Positions 25,767 through 38,280 of a stretch of 64,000 bases of DNA are shown piece after piece; the first letter of the stretch is position 1; each line of letters starts with the position of its first letter. The stretch comes from the human T2T-CHM13v2.0 reference genome, Homo sapiens. A program made the translations under genes and the position numbers. The notes under the pieces are model-generated. The model saw only the letters and a program-made list of their open reading frames with translations. It made no database searches and was not told the origin of the DNA. The stretch lies in the NCBI RefSeq assembly GCF_009914755.1, contig NC_060933.1; one strand, written 5' to 3'.

Positions 25767-27210
25767 TAGCAGTCATGTTTTTGACTTCTGGTTTTAGAAC
25801 AGCATTCTGTCATAATCTCTTACTTTACTTATAATGTGTGCATACTAGATTCCAGGAATTCCTCTTAAAATTCTACATTAATGTTCCACAGAATTTCAAT
25901 TGGGTTTATATTTATCATATTTCATTATAAATAGAGACTCCATCAGGCTAATTTAAACATTGTTTTTTAAAGAAGGTGAAACAGTAACTAATGTATACTT
26001 TTTAAAGCATCATCTTTCAAAATGGCTAAAGCTATTAGTTGTTAAAGCTTTCCAGTAAAATTTGAGTTTCTGTTACACAAACTGAGAACTACTACACCAA
26101 AATGACCTCTTGACTAATAAACTGACAGTAACTGGACCTCTCTTCTGTCTCATTCTGAATTTAGCAATACTTAATGTTAATCTGCTTGTACTTGTTCTTC
26201 ATTTCTAAAAGGATTTTGTTGGCTTGCTTTATTCTCTTAATTGCTACAATGTATCCTTGGAAAACATAAATATGATGTCCTTACAAATACAAGTATAAAA
26301 ACCTCAAGTGATTATACCATATTGTCTAGTTAAACGCAGTAGTAGAAAGCATTTGTCTCCAACTTTCATAGTCTCTTCTATTTCATGAGCGATAATGGAA
26401 TAAAGATAGCCCAAAAACATTTTATTTTTCTTCTTTTTTAAAAATCTGGTCAATTGACGATATGATGATTATTAAGAATATAGCCAAATCTATAACACTA
26501 GAGCTATGTAAGTGGTTTATCACCTCTAAACTCTCCCCCAAGTGAACCTGCCCAGCCTCCAGTACTTGCTGCCTAATGACTATATTTTGTTTGGCATGAA
26601 CCTGTGATGACAGCTAAGTCAACAAGGAGTGGCATATTTCCCAAGGGTGGCCAAATGAAATCTCATGAAAATTAATTTGTGCTGATAAATGAAGAACTGA
26701 AGTGGAAAAGTCATGATCCTTAATGAGCCAGGGAGGATATTTTGCAATTTCTTGTAATTTAGAGCACCTAAATTAAATATTGTATAATGCCAGTATTATT
26801 TACTTAAAATAATGAAACATTTAAAATAATTTGCTCCATGAAAAGTATTAAAACTCAAAATACTGGGATGTTTAATCCATTAAGTAGAGTTCAAATACTT
26901 CTGATTCTTTTAAATTTGATACTGAATGTTTATACATTTCATTATAATGTATAATATAATGACATAAAAAGTGAATATGCAATAACAAATATAAAACTAT
27001 TACACATAAATTGGTACAAGTTATATGTCATCAGTAGTTTGAAAAGAAAAGCTGTGTATAAAGTATACCATAGTACTATAGACCTACATTTGCAAGCTTT
27101 GTTCATTAATTACTTCTAATTAGGATACATATTTTGCTTATCCCAGAAACACACTGTCATTTCATTTAGAATAGTGGTCTTTTTTATTTAAGGGCAATGG
27201 TTTCTCAAGT

Positions 27211-27390
27211 TTCCCTCCTTCCCTCCCTCCCTCCCTTCCTTCCTTCCTTCCTCCTTTCCTTACTCCCTCCCTCCCTCCCGTCTCCCTTATTCCCTTCCTT
27301 TCCCTTTCCTTCCCTTCCTTCCTTCCTCTCTTTCTTTCTCTTATTTTCTTTCTTTCTTCCTTTCTTTTTCTTTCTTTCTTTCTTTCTTTC

Positions 27391-27489
<99 letters not shown>

Positions 27490-27562
27490 CTCTCTTCTTT
27501 CTTTCTTTCTTTCTTTCTTCTCTCTCTCCCTTCCTTCCCTCTCTTTCTTTCTTTCTTTTTTC
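27211..27562. repeat. Compound (CCTT)n/(TTTC)n polypyrimidine microsatellite
   Basis: About 350 bp almost purely C/T, including a long pure TTTC run. Confidence 0.97.
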
Positions 27563-28960
27563 ATCTTTCAGTGTTTCTTTTCTGAAAATGTATATCCATA
27601 ATAATTTTGTCAGTCAAAGCAATAATGTCATAAGATAAACTTATAGAGTTTTACAGTCTTTCTCTTTTCATATCTTATACCACATATGGTATGTGATTAC
27701 TCTGACAGCTCAGAAATTTGGAAGCAAAGAGACCAATCAATCAAAGATTGTTGAAGTACATCTGTAAACCAAGTTTCTAGTAACTCTGAAAATTCTTAGA
27801 GTGAAGGAAACAACTGCGTTGGGACATGTTTGAGATGTTGGGTTGGCACTAGCGAAATTAGTTGGACATTATTGGCAGGGGCTTAAGTGTTTAAATAAAA
27901 CAAAATGCTCATATTATTCTATAATGTGTTTTTTCTGCAAATTTCATTGTTCATACATAAAAGACTTCTTTGTTGTTTTGACTGCATATTGGCAAACAGT
28001 AATTTTATCAGCAATCCTCTTATTGATGGATATTTAGAGGGGTTAATCTAAATTCAAATGTTAAGATGAACTACTACATATTTTTACTATGCCTATGTTT
28101 ACAGCAATATGTTCACATTTATGTAAATATTACAGTAAAATAATTGAAGGAAATTCTTCAAATTTTCCTTCTGCCCTTTGTTTTCTGTATTGAATGTTGG
28201 GAACCTGCTCCTTTCTTTAAATAATGCTATTCCAGTACTTAGTCTTAAAATTGCAGGTACCTCTACTATACGGATAAAGAAATATTGACAAGAGAAAAAA
28301 CAAAAACATATTTTACAAAGCTACTAGAAACCACTATTCCTCAGAATAAAACTATTCTCAGAAAATAATAATTCATGAAAAGAGAATATTATAGGACATC
28401 CAGACTTGCTACATTATGTTCTGTAAAAATATACTTTAAACTTTAAAAGTCTTTCATTCCTACTGATCTGTTACCATGGTACTAATACTTAAATTGGCAT
28501 CTATATTTGCTGAAAGTATCATTTGTTTCTTAAGCCAAAAGGGGCCACTGGCATTTCCCTCTTCTTCACATGCATGGCATCTGGAGATACCAGGCTCATA
28601 AAAATTGGTAATAAACATCTAGAAGACATGCAGTTATTAAGAAAAGTAAATATAATTAAATTAAGATAGATTGATTGATTTTTTACAAAATGGCTTAAAC
28701 CTACTCCTACTCATACTAACTGCACAAGAGGACAACTTTCTTCACACTCTTGTCAGCTTTAGATATTATCAATATTTCCACAGTCTGAAAAATGAACACT
28801 CATTATTCATTGTAGGAGTTTTGATTTGATTTTGAATTGACTACAGAAGTGTGCCACACTGGTATTTCTTTGCCTATATGTGACTACTGACAGTTTTATA
28901 TATTATTTCTTGGCTGTCTTATAATTTATATTGTATAATGCATTATTTAAGTTATATATA

Positions 28961-29717
28961 CAGTCATACATTACTTAACAGTAGTGCTATGTTCTGAGTA
29001 ACGCATCAGTATGTGATTGTATTAGTCTGTTTTCATGCTGCTGATAAAGACACACCTGAGACTGGGCAATTTATAAGGAAAAAGAGATTTAATGGACTCA
29101 CAGTTCCACATGGCTGGGGAGGCCACACAATCATGGCAGAAGGCAGAAGGCAAAAGGCACATCTTATGTGGTGGCAGACAAGAAAGAAAATGAGAGCCAA
29201 GCGAAGAGGGAAACCCCTTATAAAACCATCAGATATTGTGAGACTTACTCACTACCACGAGAATAGTATGGGGGAAGCTGCCTCCATGATTCAATTACCT
29301 CTTATCCGGTCCCTCCCACAACATGTGGGAATTATGGGAGCTACAATTCAAGATGGGATTTGGGTGGGGAAACAGCCAAACCATATCAAGTGATTTTATC
29401 ATTGTTTGATAGAGTGTATTCCCACAAACCTAGATGGTATAGGCTACTACACAACTAACTATATGATACAGCCGATTGTTCTTAGGCAACAAACCTGTAT
29501 GGCATGTTACTGTACTGAACACTGTAGGCAATTTTAACACAATGTGAAGTATTTGTGTACATAAACATATCTAAACCTAGAAAAGGTACAGAAAAAATAT
29601 GGTATTGTAATCTACCTGACCACGTAGATTATGTAGTCTATTGTTGACTGAAATTGTTATGTAGTCATATATGTAGTCTATTGTTGACTGAAATTTTCTT
29701 ATGTGGTACATGACTAT
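28961..29717. mobile_element. Tigger3/MER7-type DNA transposon split by THE1
   Basis: ta-cagtcat...atgacta termini and cacaaacctagatggtataggctactacac core. Confidence 0.88.
29018..29388 (-). mobile_element. THE1 solo LTR
   Basis: tgtattagtctgttttcatgctgctgataaagac...aaccatatca, flanked by gtgat on both sides. Confidence 0.95.
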
Positions 29718-30687
29718 AATATATGTTGCAAATATAATTATATATATTTATTGTAAACATATTGTTAAAACTGATGAATATTTGAATGTGTAAACTAAAT
29801 CAACAATGTTAAAATTGTATGTAGTAAATTTGTCTCCATAATTATTATGAAATCTATAATAAGAAATGAGTTCCATATTTAAAAATTAAAGAAGTTTCAT
29901 CACATTATAAAGTGGTAGTATTGTCAACAAATAAAATATTTAGTGATATTGGAAGTATTGTCTATATAAAGATCATTCATTATAGAATGAAAGTTATATT
30001 GGATGATTCAGTAATCTCATAAGTACTATTTTATATAGTTGCATAGGGTAGGAATATCTTCCTCATCGAGGTAATGGAGCAAAGTCTTCTCATTAACATT
30101 AAAGTGCTATTTGAACCTGAACAACTCTTTTTGGCAATATATTATTAGAGATTGGGATATAAGCATAGCACTATGGGACAGTGATTATAAATATAGTTAT
30201 GTCTCTAAAAATTATACATACCATTTAAATACATAGATACAGCTTCATTATATAACAACTTGCCCATTTTTCTTCTTTGCTAGTCAAAGTCCATGCAAAC
30301 AACCAATTTACAACAATAGAAAAGAACAAAGAGTACTCTTTGGATAAATCGAGGATGGTTTTTATAGAAAATATGAATTATGTTTATATTTGTGGAAGGT
30401 ATTCAAAATAGATACTTTATTACAAATAAAAAGAAGTGATAAGAAGTAAATTTGTAAACATAATATGATAGAAATGAAAGGAGGAGAAAATTTTAATAAA
30501 AAATGCATTTGAAAATATAGTAGAAGAGACAAGTGGATGAAATACACATTGAGAAAATTACAATGAATTTATCAGTTTTTAGGCTATTCATGAAATCTAA
30601 GAGAGTATGTTTCTTCTGACAAGCTTGATACTGAACAGAAAGGGATTAAGGACATACTGAAAAACTAGACAAATATATTTACAAGAA

Positions 30688-31120
30688 AGCTTTTTATTGA
30701 AGCATAACATACATGCAAAAATTGCACAAATTATATGTACAGCTCAGTTAACAATGTGTTCTCAATGTGAACACACTCATGCATCAATTATGCTGTTAAG
30801 TAATTTTAATGTTACCAACATAATCAGATAGACTCTCTTGTGTCCCTGTAATCATTACCAGTTTTTCCCCTCAAAATTTGTCCACTATCCTGACTTTTAA
30901 CACCATTGGTTTGATTTTTTTCTTTTTGGACTTCATATAAATTGAAAAGTCTATGTATATTATTTGGTGTTTGGCTCCTGTTACTCAACATTATGTTTGT
31001 GAGACTCATCAAAATTCTTTTAAGTAGCAGTAGACTATTTACTTTTATTCCTGTATAGTCCTCCATTGTATGAATGTTTTATAATATATATTTTCCTTCT
31101 AATATTGATGGACATTTGAG
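30688..31120 (-). mobile_element. Old L1 (L1MB/ME) 3' end
   Basis: ttactcaacattatgtttgtgagactcatc...ttgatggacatttgag. Confidence 0.8.
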
Positions 31121-31915
31121 TGTTGAGCAGATGCCTACTATTTCCCTTCAGGCCATCTAAGTTTCCTTGTGCTGGTAAACAATCTCTGGAATGCTAAAGG
31201 CTCCTTGTCCTCCTGCAATGTGTATCTCCTCTACCAGGGGGCTTTCTCTGATACTGAGGAACCTTGCACAGGTATGTGCAGGGACCAACCAAATCATAAT
31301 GTGGGAAAATTTATGCTCCTGGGAAAAACCCTCAAACCTTCATTCCATGGGGAATGAAGCTAGGGGATAAATGTCCTGGTTTTCTTGTCTTCCCACAGGA
31401 GAATTCTGGGCTGCATTACACATATATCACAGAGGGCCCCAGAAGATTGGGCTCCGGTTGCCCACTGTTGTAAATTGTATATACATATATATTTTTCTTT
31501 TTTTCTCTCATTTTCACCATTTTCTCACTTGTGAAGAACAAGTGATCTGCCTCATTGAAATCTTATTCTTTGTGTCTAGTTTGTGGGCAATCAAAACTGA
31601 AGCAGCTAGCTCCATAGGTCACCCTAAAAAGAGGACCTCAGTGTTTGATTTTCAAATTTTGATGATCAGATGGTAACTAAAACCACCCTACTAGTAGTAA
31701 ATAGAGTGACCACAACACCTAGCATGCAGTCACATTACAAGTATTGAGACTTTTACCTTTGGTGAATACTGATGAGTGGTAGGTAGAAGGGCCAGCATTT
31801 GTTATGTGAATGTTCTGAAATTTGAAAGAGGTTGAGGGCAAAATTATGTGTAAACATTGTAGATTTGTCTGGCTTTTGTTACCTTCTCTGGAAGCTTCGA
31901 AGGAGGCGAATAACA
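31121..31915 (+). mobile_element. LTR16-like LTR (about 31121-31602) followed by HERV16/ERVL-type internal start
   Basis: gggaaaatttatgctcc...ggggataaatgtcc LTR16 pattern followed by an ERVL-type leader. Confidence 0.6.
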
Positions 31916-32324
31916 CATGTTAAATTTTTTTTCTCTTACATTATTTTTTATATTTTCCATTTTGTAATACCTCTTTGATTCACTGTTTTCTTCAGAAACA
32001 TCTTTAATAGGAATACTTTCTTTAGCTGTGTCTTAGAAGTTATTAAACACATTTTACTTATAAATTAGGTTTTCGTTCTTAAATTTTCATTTATCTTCAT
32101 ATTTTCCACTTTACTCTTGAAATGCTCCATGTATGTTTCCTTTTCTTGAACATGTTATTCACCATTATTTTAAAGTGCATATCCTGTTACCTTTATTTCC
32201 TTTGAGTCTCCTCCCTCTGCTATTCTCTTGCTTTCTAAGTCCTCTTGCATGTCTCACGGTTTTTTATTGGTTATTGAATAAAATCTACAATGAATTTTAC
32301 ACATTATTTTATATAATGGAGAAG

Positions 32325-32806
32325 TTGACTTAAAGGAAGAAACTGAGACATAAAATATAATTTTTAAAGAGTTTACTTGAGCCCAGATGAGGACATCTGC
32401 CCTGAAGACTCAGACCTAGGTAACCTTGGGTATGAGCTCCATTTGGCCTGTGTTACAAGCTGGTTTTTAAAGGCAAAACACAGGACAAAGAGTGGGCTGA
32501 CAGAAAGTTGTTTGCCAGGAATTCTCATTGGTTTACAGAAATAACATTGATTAGTGATTGGCTACATTGTTGAACTATATGAAATGAGTTAGAGGGTCCA
32601 GCGTGCAGCATTGTTAAGTTGATGTATAGCTACCTGTGGTGGCAAGCAGTCTTCAGTGCACATGGCCAGCAGCTTCAAGAGGTGGTTGTTTAGCTCAAGG
32701 CAGGCAGGAGGTGGGATATGACTGCTGTCTCATCCCCATGCTTCTCTGGACCTGATCATTTACAGGAGGCTTGCATTTCTGAGATAGTAGTTTCTTTTCT
32801 TTCTCA
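32325..32806 (-). mobile_element. ERV1 (MER4-group) solo LTR inserted in old L1-like sequence
   Basis: Reverse complement starts TGAGAAAGAAAAGAAACT. gaag on both flanks (32321-32324 and 32807-32810). Confidence 0.8.
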
Positions 32807-34407
32807 GAAGGATTTTATTTTATTTTTTGTTGTGCAATTAAGCTAGGTGAAAATCACCTCAAGCCGGTCATGGATTCAAATGATGATACACTGGTTTTCA
32901 GTTCTTGTGAGAAATGGTCTACTTTACACCTACTCAGGGGCATTTCTCTTCTGGATTCTTATTGAAAATGTGGCATGTTTGCCAGTTGCTTGGCAGGGCT
33001 TACACTTCATTTCCTATTTCTCCAGCTGTGTAACAAGTACAGAAATACCTACTAAAGGTCTCAGTTCTCAGTAGGACTTTTGGAATTGCCGCTATTTTTT
33101 AGGGGAAACACAATGTCAAATGCTATGCCAATCGGTCTTATCTTCAGTGTCTTCCCTCTCCTTCAAAATTTGCTATTTGTCAGCTTCTTGATGGCTTCAT
33201 GTTTTATCCATCCATTCTATTTATTCTCTTAAAAATGTTTGTTTAAAACAACCTAGTTCACTGTTGCAAGAAACAAGGTTCCTCACATGTTTTTCTGGAT
33301 CAGTAGCTGGAACATTCAATTTCTTCTATTTTAGATCCTTTACTTTTATTGCAGGTATTTCAGACTAGTAGTATGTCTTATTCATCTTTATAAAATTTTT
33401 TTGTATGTTAGGCCTGTAATACTAGCTGTTATATTAAATAATATATAAATACATGGGGATTTTTGATATTTATCAACCAATGCTAAAAGTAGATCTATCC
33501 CAATTTATATAAACTTTATTTTTTGTCATACAAATGATTTGTTTTTATTTCATTCATCTTTTCTCATTTCCCTGGTTTGCACAGCAGTAGAACCACCTGT
33601 TAGTTATTTTATCAAATTATGAAATGGTTTTAGGCAGCAGCAGCATTTAACACCCTACCTTGATATCTAATAAATATAATATCCACCTCATTTGACTAAC
33701 TTGCAAATTGTTTTTCTCATACTTGTTTGATAGATTTTATTCTTGAAAAACTAGTGCACCCTGCGTGGTACAATTTAAGGGTGATAGTTACGTTTCTTGA
33801 GAGGTAAAATTACATGACATTAAGATTCTAACCAATGCCACATATAATTACCGGAAAATTTACTACCTAGTGGGTTTTATTATTGACAATATGGACGCAT
33901 TTCTTAAATATTTAGAAGAATATAAATGTAACAAAGTTAGACATGATAATTGCACAGTTCTAAGGAGAAGCAGCTTCTGTTGCCTGCCAACAAAGTAACA
34001 TATCTATTAGGATGATATACTGATATAGCATTAAAATAGGACTAAAATAATCACATTGAAGATGTAGTATTACACAAACTGAATAATTTTAAGAATACTT
34101 CAAAAATGCTGATTATATAAGTTTCTTTTTAAGAAAGATAGTTTTGAAACACTCTTTTCCAACCATTTTAAGGAAAACATTTTTATACTAACTTGTTGTA
34201 CTTTAGATATTAACCTAACCCTTTTCTGCCTTAGGACATAAACTATATTTTCATGCAGATTATTTGTAATATGAGTTTAGATATGTATAATTTTTTTTCT
34301 CTTTAAAGACCTGCTTTAAAGGTAACATTTAATTACTAATTATTTTATTACAGCAACTCTTTATCTTCAGGAATAAAAATGAGGTAAGTTACTTTGATAT
34401 AATTTTA

Positions 34408-34690
34408 AATCAACTTTTTTGAGTTGTAATTTACACATTATAAATGTACTCATTCTACATGTACAATGCGATACATTTTGACAAAGTGATTTACCCATGT
34501 AACTACAACTTCAATCACATACAGATATTTCATCACTCTCCAATGTCCCCTTGTGTCCATCAGCCCCAGCCTACCACTGACGTGCTTTATGCCACTATAA
34601 GTTTGTCATCCTCACTAGAAGTTTATAAAAATCGAATCATAATATCCACTCTTTTGTGTCTATTTTCTTTTTACTCAGCTCAATAGTTTT
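34408..34690 (-). mobile_element. Old L1 (L1ME/MB) 3' end
   Basis: caacttttttgagttgtaatttacac...ttttactcagc. Confidence 0.75.
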
Positions 34691-35335
34691 TGGATTAAAA
34701 ATTTGTTTCAAACATTTTTAAAATATGCTCAAAAATTTGTCTTAAATATAATAATTATTAACATGTATCTTTTTATGCTCAAATACAAATTTTATTTAGA
34801 TATCCAGAAATCAACTTTTTCAAGAATAGAATACGAGCAGGATAACTAAACTTGTTCTCTATTGTAGCAGAGGACATTCTATTACTAGTGGGCAGAAATT
34901 ACAAGAAAAAAATGATAGCTCAAGAGACACAAGTAATGTTTCATAGTTGGAATCATCTAAAATTGAGTGAGATTTAACTGCCATGCGAAATTCCTAATTA
35001 CTCTAAATACTATAGTCAATGATAACTGATCAGTATAATCTATGGATGTCATTTTCTCAGTAAGGGATGCATTGGTCTCTAAGATTACAGCTGCTCTTAC
35101 ATTTTGTCATCCTACAGAAGGGGTTAATGTATGTCAAATTCTTTGAAAATTACAAAGCCCATATACACAAGTAATGACATGCTTTCACACTTTTAATTTT
35201 GTTGATCGCGCCAACTATCATCCATATCTATTTCTATCTGATATTTCTTGTTAAAATAAACCCCCCTCAAAATGATGCATCTCTTTTTGTATTATTAAGA
35301 ACACTCCATAGCAAGAAGGTTTAGTTGCCCTGAGG

Positions 35336-35879
35336 TAGAGTTGCCAAAATTTGCAAATAGAAATGCAGGATGGGCTGGGTGCAGTGGCTCACACCTGATC
35401 CCAGAACTTTGGGAGCCTGAGGTTGGAGGCTCTGTAGAGCTCAGGAGTTCAAGACCAGCCTGGGCAACATAATGAGATCCCATCTCTACATTTTTTAAAA
35501 AAAATAAGCCAGGCATGGTGGCACATGCCTGTAGTCCCAGCTACTAGGGAGGCTAATGTGGGAGAATGGCTTGAGCCTGGGAGGTCAAGCCTACAGTGAG
35601 CTATAATCATGACACTGCACTACAGCCTAAGCAAGAAGGTGAGACCCTGTCTCGAGAAAGAAAGAAAGAAAGGAAGGAAGGAAGGAAGGAAGGAAGGAAG
35701 GAAGGAAGGAAGGAAGGAAGGAAGGAAGATGCCCAGTTAAATTTGAATTTCAGATAAACATTTTTTTCAGTCTATGTATTTACCATGCAATATTTTGGAT
35801 ATATCTATTCTACAAATTTTCATTATGTATCTGCTGTTCAAATTTAAGTTGGCATCTTTCATGCTATCTGGTGATCCTG
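35336..35879. mobile_element. MER53 palindromic MITE interrupted by an AluJ
   Basis: gttgccaaaatttgcaaatagaaatgcaggatg continues after the Alu as cccagttaaatttgaatttcagataaac...tctggtgatcctg. Confidence 0.85.
35373..35728 (+). mobile_element. AluJ with (GAAA/GGAA)n tail
   Basis: Full Alu body to about 35653, with the tail converted to a GGAA microsatellite. Confidence 0.93.
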
Positions 35880-37190
35880 TAGCTGAAGTGAGCAGGGTAG
35901 GATGCAGCTGGGAATAGATTCTATGTATAGATAGTAAATATCTCCTGCCATTCTTGACCACAGACATCTGTCATGGACAATAAGGCCAGCATTCAGTGGC
36001 CCTACCTAGCACATACTTTTTCATAGACTGAATGTTATCTGTATAGGTGTCGAAATGAAAGAGTGTCTTAGTAGTCTATTCCATCATTCATAATGTAAAC
36101 CACACAATCTCTTCCTTAAAATCAAAATTCAAAATTAATAAAATCTAATATAACTATTTCCAAACCAACAACCTTAAAATATAAGCCTCATTTGAAATCC
36201 TAAGCTGTGGAAGATTTGAATACATTGCATACGGACTGAAGAAAATAGATTCTAGTTTAACTGGTCCAACAAATATTCAACAAGTGCCGAGGGTTGCCAC
36301 ATTTATTGACTTGCCATGTTGAGTCATGTTCTGTTTCTTTAATTTCTTTATCATGATATGCCAGTTTGGGCCCATATTCTTGACTAAAATGTTTAATTAA
36401 GTATACCTGGTTTATGCACAATCTGAACTGATATTGATGAGTAACTTTTAATTTAGGATTTATAGGAGCACACCACAGTTATAATTGACTGAATTGGATT
36501 CACTCACAAATTCAGGAGAGTTTTAAACAAACAAATTGTGGTATGGTCAGAAATGTACTCATGCAAATACATATGATGACCAAATAAAATAAAAAAGTGC
36601 AGACCCTGAGCTTTGCGCCTTTCATTATTGTCCTGGGAAGTTGTTTTCATCAACTTGCACCTCGTTCCAGGTTTTTCCACGTATGAGAAAATATGACTGA
36701 CAAGGTTTTAGTTTTTCTGGGTTCCATGTTAAAAGACTTGGGGAAATAACTTTTTTGGACCAATATGGCTCAGCACACACTTCTGGCTACGTGGTGACTA
36801 GCGATCAGATTTGATTTATGTATGAGAACATGGCAACTCTAAATATTAATTTGGCACTTTCTGAATGCTGAGCCCTGTTCCAGGAACTGAATGTGAACTA
36901 CCAAACAAAATTTTCACAGCTCCTGCTCTCATGGAGCTTACATTTTAATTAGGGGATGTGATGATTCAGGTGGAAAACTGAGATGGTTTCAGGAAGAAAT
37001 AAATAGATGCTAAATGTCACATAAAGGCTAGTAAGAAAAGTAAATAAAGATAGGAACATGGTAAAGACAGTGTGGGTTGGGAAGGGCTTGGAGGTACCAA
37101 TTAAAATAATGTGGTCAGGGAAAAATTTTCTGATACATTAGTATTTATGAAAATATTTAAAGGAATGATCTAACCACACAGGTACCTGGA

Positions 37191-37973
37191 ATGCTAAAGT
37201 CTTTACAGAAATATTACTAGGAAACTGGCTAATTTAGCAAAGCTGAGCTTATTAATCTTATTTCAAGAACAAACATCACTGGACGAAGCTGGAAACCATC
37301 ATTCTCAGCAAACTATCGCAAGGACAGAAAACCAAACACCACATGTTCTCACTCATAGGTGGGAATTGAACAATGAGAACACATGGACACAAGAAGGGGA
37401 ACATCACACACCAGGGCCTGTTGTGGGGTGGAGGGAGGGGGGAGGGATAGCATTAGGAGATACACCTAATGTAAATGACGAGTTAATGGGTGCAGCACAC
37501 CAACATGGCACATGTATACATATGTAACAAACCTGCACGTTGTGCACATGTACCCTAAAACTTAAAGTATAATAAAAAATTTTTTTTCTCAAAAAAAAAA
37601 AAAAAAGAACAAACATCACATTGATGGTGTCAAGATGTGGGAGTTGGGGAAGATTTTTGAGGGCCTGGACTACGTGATGTTAAGATGGGTCTTGTAAGTC
37701 AGAGAACTGGTAGGAATTGGGCAGATTTTAGGACATACAGCTTTAGATTTGTGGCCAAAGTAAAGCGAGGATCTTGAAGCACATCATGATGAACAAGCTA
37801 TCTTGATAATTAAGTTTTTTCATTTGTTCAGTTTTATATCTGTGAACAAATATTTCCTGGAACAAGCAGCTACATTCCTCTCATTTATTTTAAGCTGTGT
37901 TAGCCTATGAACAAGTAAATACGTCTCATCTCAATAGTGTTTAGTACACAGAAAGGAAATTACCTACTTGGCC
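37191..37973 (-). mobile_element. Old ERV1 LTR (MER89/MER110-like), split by an L1
   Basis: ggaattgggcagattttaggacata...aaagcgaggatcttgaagc pattern; family uncertain. Confidence 0.5.
37280..37604 (+). mobile_element. Young L1PA 3' end
   Basis: Close to the young L1 3'UTR, with exact 15-bp TSD aagaacaaacatcac at 37265-37279 and 37605-37619. Confidence 0.96.
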
Positions 37974-38007
<34 letters not shown>

Positions 38008-38009
38008 TT

Positions 38010-38280
38010 CAGTGCAGGAAGAGTTTTCCAAACAGGGAAGTACATGGATAGAAGTTCTAATATGGAAGCTTGCATGATGTGTTGAAGAACAACCAGCTTG
38101 CCATTTTGGCTAGAGTAAGTGAGTCAGGAAGAGTGAGAGAAAATGGAATCACAGAGGGAGTGGGGAGTCAAGCCATGTAACATCTTACAGAGCCTTATCA
38201 AAAGTTTGAATGGTATTCTAATTGTATTGTAGGCATTGGATGGTTTTGAGCTCAGGAGGAACATGATCACTCTTAGGAGT
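38010..38280 (+). mobile_element. L2 fragment, preceded by (TTA)n at 37976-38007
   Basis: gcttgcatgatgtgttgaagaac...ggcattggatggttttgagc L2 pattern; strand tentative. Confidence 0.65.

Noticed and set aside
27197-27601. 134-aa F/L/S-rich and 119-aa K/E/R-rich ORFs
   Set aside because: Both are translations of the TTTC/CCTT microsatellite.
29013-29393. 126-aa ORF
   Set aside because: It coincides with the antisense THE1 LTR and is a chance open frame.
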